DNA of 64,000 nucleotides from Octopus bimaculoides (lineage: Eukaryota), in contig NC_068998.1 of the NCBI RefSeq assembly GCF_001194135.2, positions 18,774,037 through 18,838,036 on the forward strand, read 5' to 3'. This document shows, piece after piece, positions 60,721 through 64,000 of this stretch (position 1 is the stretch's first letter; each line of letters opens with the position of its first letter). Under the pieces are notes generated by a model that did no database searches, had not been told where the DNA came from, and was given only the letters and a program-made list of their open reading frames with translations. The position numbers and the translations under genes were made by a program.

Positions 60721-60724
60721 CTTC

Positions 60725-61090
60725 ATGTAAATATTGATTTCAAATTTTGGCACAATGCCAGCAAGTTCGGGAGAGGAAGTAAGTCAATTACTTCAACCCC
60801 AGTACTCAACTGGTATTTATTTTATCGCCCTCGAAAGGATGAAAGGCTAAGTCGATCTCGGCGAAACTTGAACTTAGAACGTAATGATGAACGAAATGCC
60901 GTTAAGCATTTCGCCCGACGCGGTAACAATTCTGCCAGCTCACTGCCTTACACTTCATATTAATAGTGATTTCAAATTTTGGCACAAGGCCAGCAAGTTT
61001 GGGGAAGGGAATGGGTCAATTATATCGACTCCAGTCCTCAACTTGTACTTATCTTATCAATCCCGAAAGAACGAAAGGCCAAGTCGACTT
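60725..61090 (-). mobile_element. Two tandem family B SINE copies
   Basis: GATTTCAAATTTTGGCACAA..CCAGCAAGTT..GG occurs at about 60737 and 60968; head GAGCTGGCAGAATTGTTA on the minus strand. Confidence 0.75.
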
Positions 61091-62106
61091 CCATTTTTCT
61101 GATATGAAGAGTGTTTCTCTTCCAGGTCTTTGTTGTGACATGCGAGCCCTACACTTCTGCGTTTGTACAGGGGGGGGGGGCGTTTCTTGAAACTTTTACT
61201 GCTGAACAGCAGGATGTTGTTCACTTCACTTTGATGTATTAATTTTTTGCTGCCGTTGTCTAGCAGGTGTTGTCTGGGCATTCAACGTTTAGNNNNNNNN
61301 NNNNNNNNNNNNNNNNNNNNNNNNNNNNNNNNNNNNNNNNNNNNNNNNNNNNNNNNNNNNNNNNNNNNNNNNNNNNNNNNNNNNNNNNNNNNNNNNNNNN
61401 NNNNNNNNNNNNNNNNNNNNNNNNNNNNNNNNNNNNNNNNNNNNNNNNNNNNNNNNNNNNNNNNNNNNNNNNNNNNNNNNNNNNNNNNNNNNNNNNNNNN
61501 NNNNNNNNNNNNNNNNNNNNNNNNNNNNNNNNNNNNNNNNNNNNNNNNNNNNNNNNNNNNNNNNNNNNNNNNNNNNNNNNNNNNNNNNNNNNNNNNNNNN
61601 NNNNNNNNNNNNNNNNNNNNNNNNNNNNNNNNNNNNNNNNNNNNNNNNNNNNNNNNNNNNNNNNNNNNNNNNNNNNNNNNNNNNNNNNNNNNNNNNNNNN
61701 NNNNNNNNNNNNNNNNNNNNNNNNNNNNNNNNNNNNNNNNNNNNNNNNNNNNNNNNNNNNNNNNNNNNNNNNNNNNNNNNNNNNNNNNNNNNNNNNNNNN
61801 NNNNNNNNNNNNNNNNNNNNNNNNNNNNNNNNNNNNNNNNNNNNNNNNNNNNNNNNNNNNNNNNNNNNNNNNNNNNNNNNNNNNNNNNNNNNNNNNNNNN
61901 NNNNNNNNNNNNNNNNNNNNNNNNNNNNNNNNNNNNNNNNNNNNNNNNNNNNNNNNNNNNNNNNNNNNNNNNNNNNNNNNNNNNNNNNNNNNNNNNNNNN
62001 NNNNNNNNNNNNNNNNNNNNNNNNNNNNNNNNNNNNNNNNNNNNNNNNNNNNNNNNNNNNNNNNNNATCCAGCTCTCCTTCCTAGCTTTTCGGTGTTGGT
62101 AAAGAC

Positions 62107-62268
62107 ATTATAAGTGGCAAAGACATCATAAGTGGCAAAGACATTATAATAAGGTACACAAGTGGCAAAGACATTATAATAAGGTACATAAGTGGCAAAG
62201 ACATTATAATAAGGTACACAAGTGGCAAAGACATTATAATAAGGTACATAAGTGGCAAAGACATTATT
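62107..62268 (+). repeat. 30-bp minisatellite (AAGTGGCAAAGACATTATAATAAGGTAC(A/T)C) with 18-bp precursor units
   Basis: Four 30-bp copies preceded by two 18-bp AAGTGGCAAAGACAT(T/C)AT-type units. Confidence 0.85.
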
Positions 62269-64000
62269 CTGCTTAGCGAAAGCATCTGGCAAATGTAACT
62301 GCTGTCACTCACAGAAAAACTATTGTTTTACTGTGAGAAAAGTGCTTGCTGAACTGTCAAGTGAAATTTGGTGATCGAGGATCGAATCCACGTTATGTCT
62401 GCATGAAGCCACTACATATGTATTGGTATGTATTGCAAGAAACATTTAGGTTTCTTCCTCGAATTTTTTACATAGTTCAACCTACACAAGTCAATGTATG
62501 AAAAACGAAATAGGAATTTTGAAAAACGTTTCTCTAAAACTAGTTTTTAAACCAGAATAAAATAGAAATCAAAGGGGTCCATAGATGAAAAATGGTTGAG
62601 GACCCGTGGTGTAGACGGTAGAAACATTCAAGTGTTTAAAACTGCTCCTACAATACAATGTCTACGAATTGGAAAAAAGTAAGGTAGAGAACATTCTGCA
62701 CATGCAAATCTCCAAACGCCAGATCCTGAAAGTAACCCTTCACTAGCTGTCCATGCATCCCTGTTAGATGATTACCCTCTTTCCGTACCAAATTATGGTT
62801 AGAAACTACAGACAACCAAAACGAACTCCTTTATTCGTATTGTACGAAACTTATAACTACTAATCACTAATTCGACCGTTATGTCAGGGAGCATAAAAAT
62901 AAACTTCCCAGTAGTAGACTTAGTAAGGATGTTGAGATATACACACCGCATGTGACAACCCTGTCGACTATCTCTTTCTAAGTCACGAGGCTCGCATCCA
63001 TGCTCAAACATACGCCGAATGCTTCAAGCACCACTTCCTAGACAGGTATCTGTCCGAGTGTAACTTCCTTTCCCCACTCGTATCGGTCTCAAAAGCCACC
63101 CGCACCCTCCCCTAAAGAAAGAAAAAACACAAAAATAAAGCAAAAACAAAAAACAACAAAAATACCCAATTTGATCAAACTTGCTACCATGTAATTGAGA
63201 AGTGAACTGCTAGACTATGCAGGCACACCTCTACTATTTACTAACCGTGCCGGTCGTGTTTTAAAACAAGCTTCGTAAAATTGTTTTTGTATTTCTCGTA
63301 AATTTAGTTCGTTTCTCAATCTAGGATTATATTGATAATTTGTGATAATTCTGTAGCTCAAACTGTAACTGAAGCTTTTCTTTATTATATTTTTGATATT
63401 TTGTTTTTGGCATTTGTTTTAATCGCATTTTTATTTCTATTCTTCTGCAAATATATATCTAAATGATTTTTCTTTTCCTTCGCAGAAACACCATAATACG
63501 TAGCGCTGAAAGCTTGATGATTGAAGGGAAATAACTCAAGAACACTGTGGAAAAACTAATGACTTTTTTATTTTCATTTTCTGCTTTAGTTCAATATCTA
63601 TGGTTTTGCAACAAAAGATATATTTGATATAATATTGTTTTGACTATTGTAGAACAAATTATAAAATGAAGATAGCTCCTAGCGAGCAGAGTTCGTGACA
63701 CGATTTCAATTGATAAAATGAAACCTTTTCATTTCATTTTCGCCGTCAATGATCTTGGAAAAATAAGAAAAGTATGAAACATCCCATTTTTTCCTGCACC
63801 ATAACCTGAGATCTTGTGCCTAGTCAAAAACAATTCAATGTTAATATAAACATTGGATACCGCAACTTACAGACATGAACGAACTTTTAAGTTTAAATAT
63901 TGTAATTTTTTAAAATATGCTTTAATCGAATTTTCTTCATTTTCATATTAAAATCAACCGATTTTTTTGGTTAAACTATAACTGGATGAGGGGGGGGGGG

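Noticed and set aside
61282-62292. Repetitive protein ORF (NVFATYVPYY)n
   Set aside because: It is the translation of a 30-bp minisatellite beside a gap, with no splice or homology support.

Overview
AT-rich, microsatellite- and transposon-dense animal genomic DNA with many N gaps. The repeat landscape (tRNA-derived SINEs, RTE tails ending in (GAT)n, long (TA)n/(CA)n tracts) suggests an octopus or other coleoid cephalopod; this is an inference. Host genes: (1) the last six coding exons of a + strand NOC3L (nucleolar complex protein 3) gene, spliced by hand with consistent phases, 2193-13257; (2) an intact single-exon 364-aa EF-hand plus nicotinamidase gene, 28631-29725, with an RFX X-box/ETS/CCAAT cluster about 0.9 kb upstream; (3) an intronless, frameshifted processed pseudogene of MYPT1/PPP1R12A, 57187 to about 58425. 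The rest is mostly mobile DNA: RTE and R4/Dong-type LINE fragments, Penelope-like elements (PLEs), mariner/Tc1 remnants, several MITEs and three SINE families. The most interesting signals are minimal hammerhead ribozyme motifs in PLE terminal repeats, placed just downstream of tRNA-like Pol III promoter segments (a retrozyme-like module, also present as an ORF-less inverted pair), a hammerhead with a variant core, and an R4-type LINE stacked repeatedly in (TATG)n microsatellites. All assignments come from reading the sequence and remembered family motifs; no searches were run, and boundaries of degraded repeats are approximate.
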